From an uncultured Planctomycetia bacterium (GTDB lineage: Bacteria > Omnitrophota > Gorgyraeia > JABMRG01), in the NCBI GenBank assembly GCA_964493115.1, contig CAZBNF010000001.1, forward strand, positions 1,786 through 65,785: 64,000 bases of DNA, written 5' to 3'. The stretch's first letter is position 1. The number at the start of each line of letters is the position of its first letter. The position numbers and the translations under genes are program-made. The notes below the pieces were generated by a model. The model saw only the letters and a program-made list of their open reading frames with translations. It did no database searches and was not told the DNA's origin. Below are positions 63,540-64,000 of this stretch, in pieces.

Positions 63540-64000
63540 ATGTTTAAATATACAAAAAAGATACTATCACTTGTTTTAATTGTAAGTTTTATACTTACCA
63601 GCGCTATCCCATCATATGGGTTTAATGGCAGGACCCTGTTTACCCATAAATCCCATGCCCAAAGATACCTGAAAGATAAAGAGGCGTTGACCAATATAAT
63701 AGAGGCCCCATTCCTGTTAGATATTCCTCAATCAATGGGCAGAATCGTAGAAACTTACAAGGGTAAATCTGATTCCCTTATTATCCACATCCAGGACCGC
63801 CATATAGACCCGACCACGCAAAGTAACATATCTTCAATAATCGAACAGCTTAATACAAAATATAATGTTAATCTTATGTGTCTTGAAGGTGCCTCAGAAG
63901 AGCTCGATACATCTTTTTATGATAAGTATGAAGCAGGCCCAGCAAAGGAAAAGGTAGCAGGCCTTTTCATGCAGCAAGGGCTTTTTACAGGCGCGGAACT
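63540..64000 (+). CDS. Start of an exported protein with an IHIQDxH...EGA N-terminal domain; runs off the window
   Basis: Absent from the ORF track. Manual translation gives MFKYTKKILSLVLIVSFILTSAIPSYG...IPQSMGRIVETYKG...LIIHIQDRH...QSNISSII...MCLEGASEELD...TGAE, open to the window end. Confidence 0.8.
   Translation, partial: MFKYTKKILSLVLIVSFILTSAIPSYGFNGRTLFTHKSHAQRYLKDKEALTNIIEAPFLLDIPQSMGRIVETYKGKSDSLIIHIQDRHIDPTTQSNISSIIEQLNTKYNVNLMCLEGASEELDTSFYDKYEAGPAKEKVAGLFMQQGLFTGAE

Overview
Bacterial chromosome window spanning the replication origin. The giant gene and the N-terminal domain at 63.5 kb suggest Omnitrophota (OP3), but that lineage call is inference. The left half (1-31.2 kb, minus strand, visibly more AT-rich) lies downstream of tRNA-Glu. 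It holds a ~25.5 kb giant gene (~8,500 aa) followed by a receiver protein, a PilZ-methyltransferase and a 7TM-GAF histidine kinase. The giant protein contains signal peptides, coiled coils, a HAD phosphatase, HEAT repeats, many TM helices, two HExxH motifs, six tandem MoxR/midasin-type AAA+ modules and a C-terminal VWA/MIDAS domain. That is a midasin (Mdn1/Rea1)-like architecture in a bacterium. Here it is built as an (AB)x3 repeat, appears circularly permuted, carries a 6-TM insert and is punctuated by a recurring K-[ST]-S-S-[AS]-G linker. The right half is core genome: gyrA and gyrB (each with an intein), dciA, dnaN, oriC, dnaA, rpmH-rnpA-yidD-yidC, parS-parAB, ndk, yicC-remA-gmk-rpoZ-coaC-coaB, then a decayed islet between tRNA-Cys and tRNA-Val (Doc toxin-antitoxin pair, integrase remnant), a GGDEF protein, tRNA-Leu, thrS-infC-rpmI-rplT, ktrBA, pheST, 6S RNA, rarA and the start of a probable second large exported gene. 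No database searches were run; domain calls rest on motifs read by eye.
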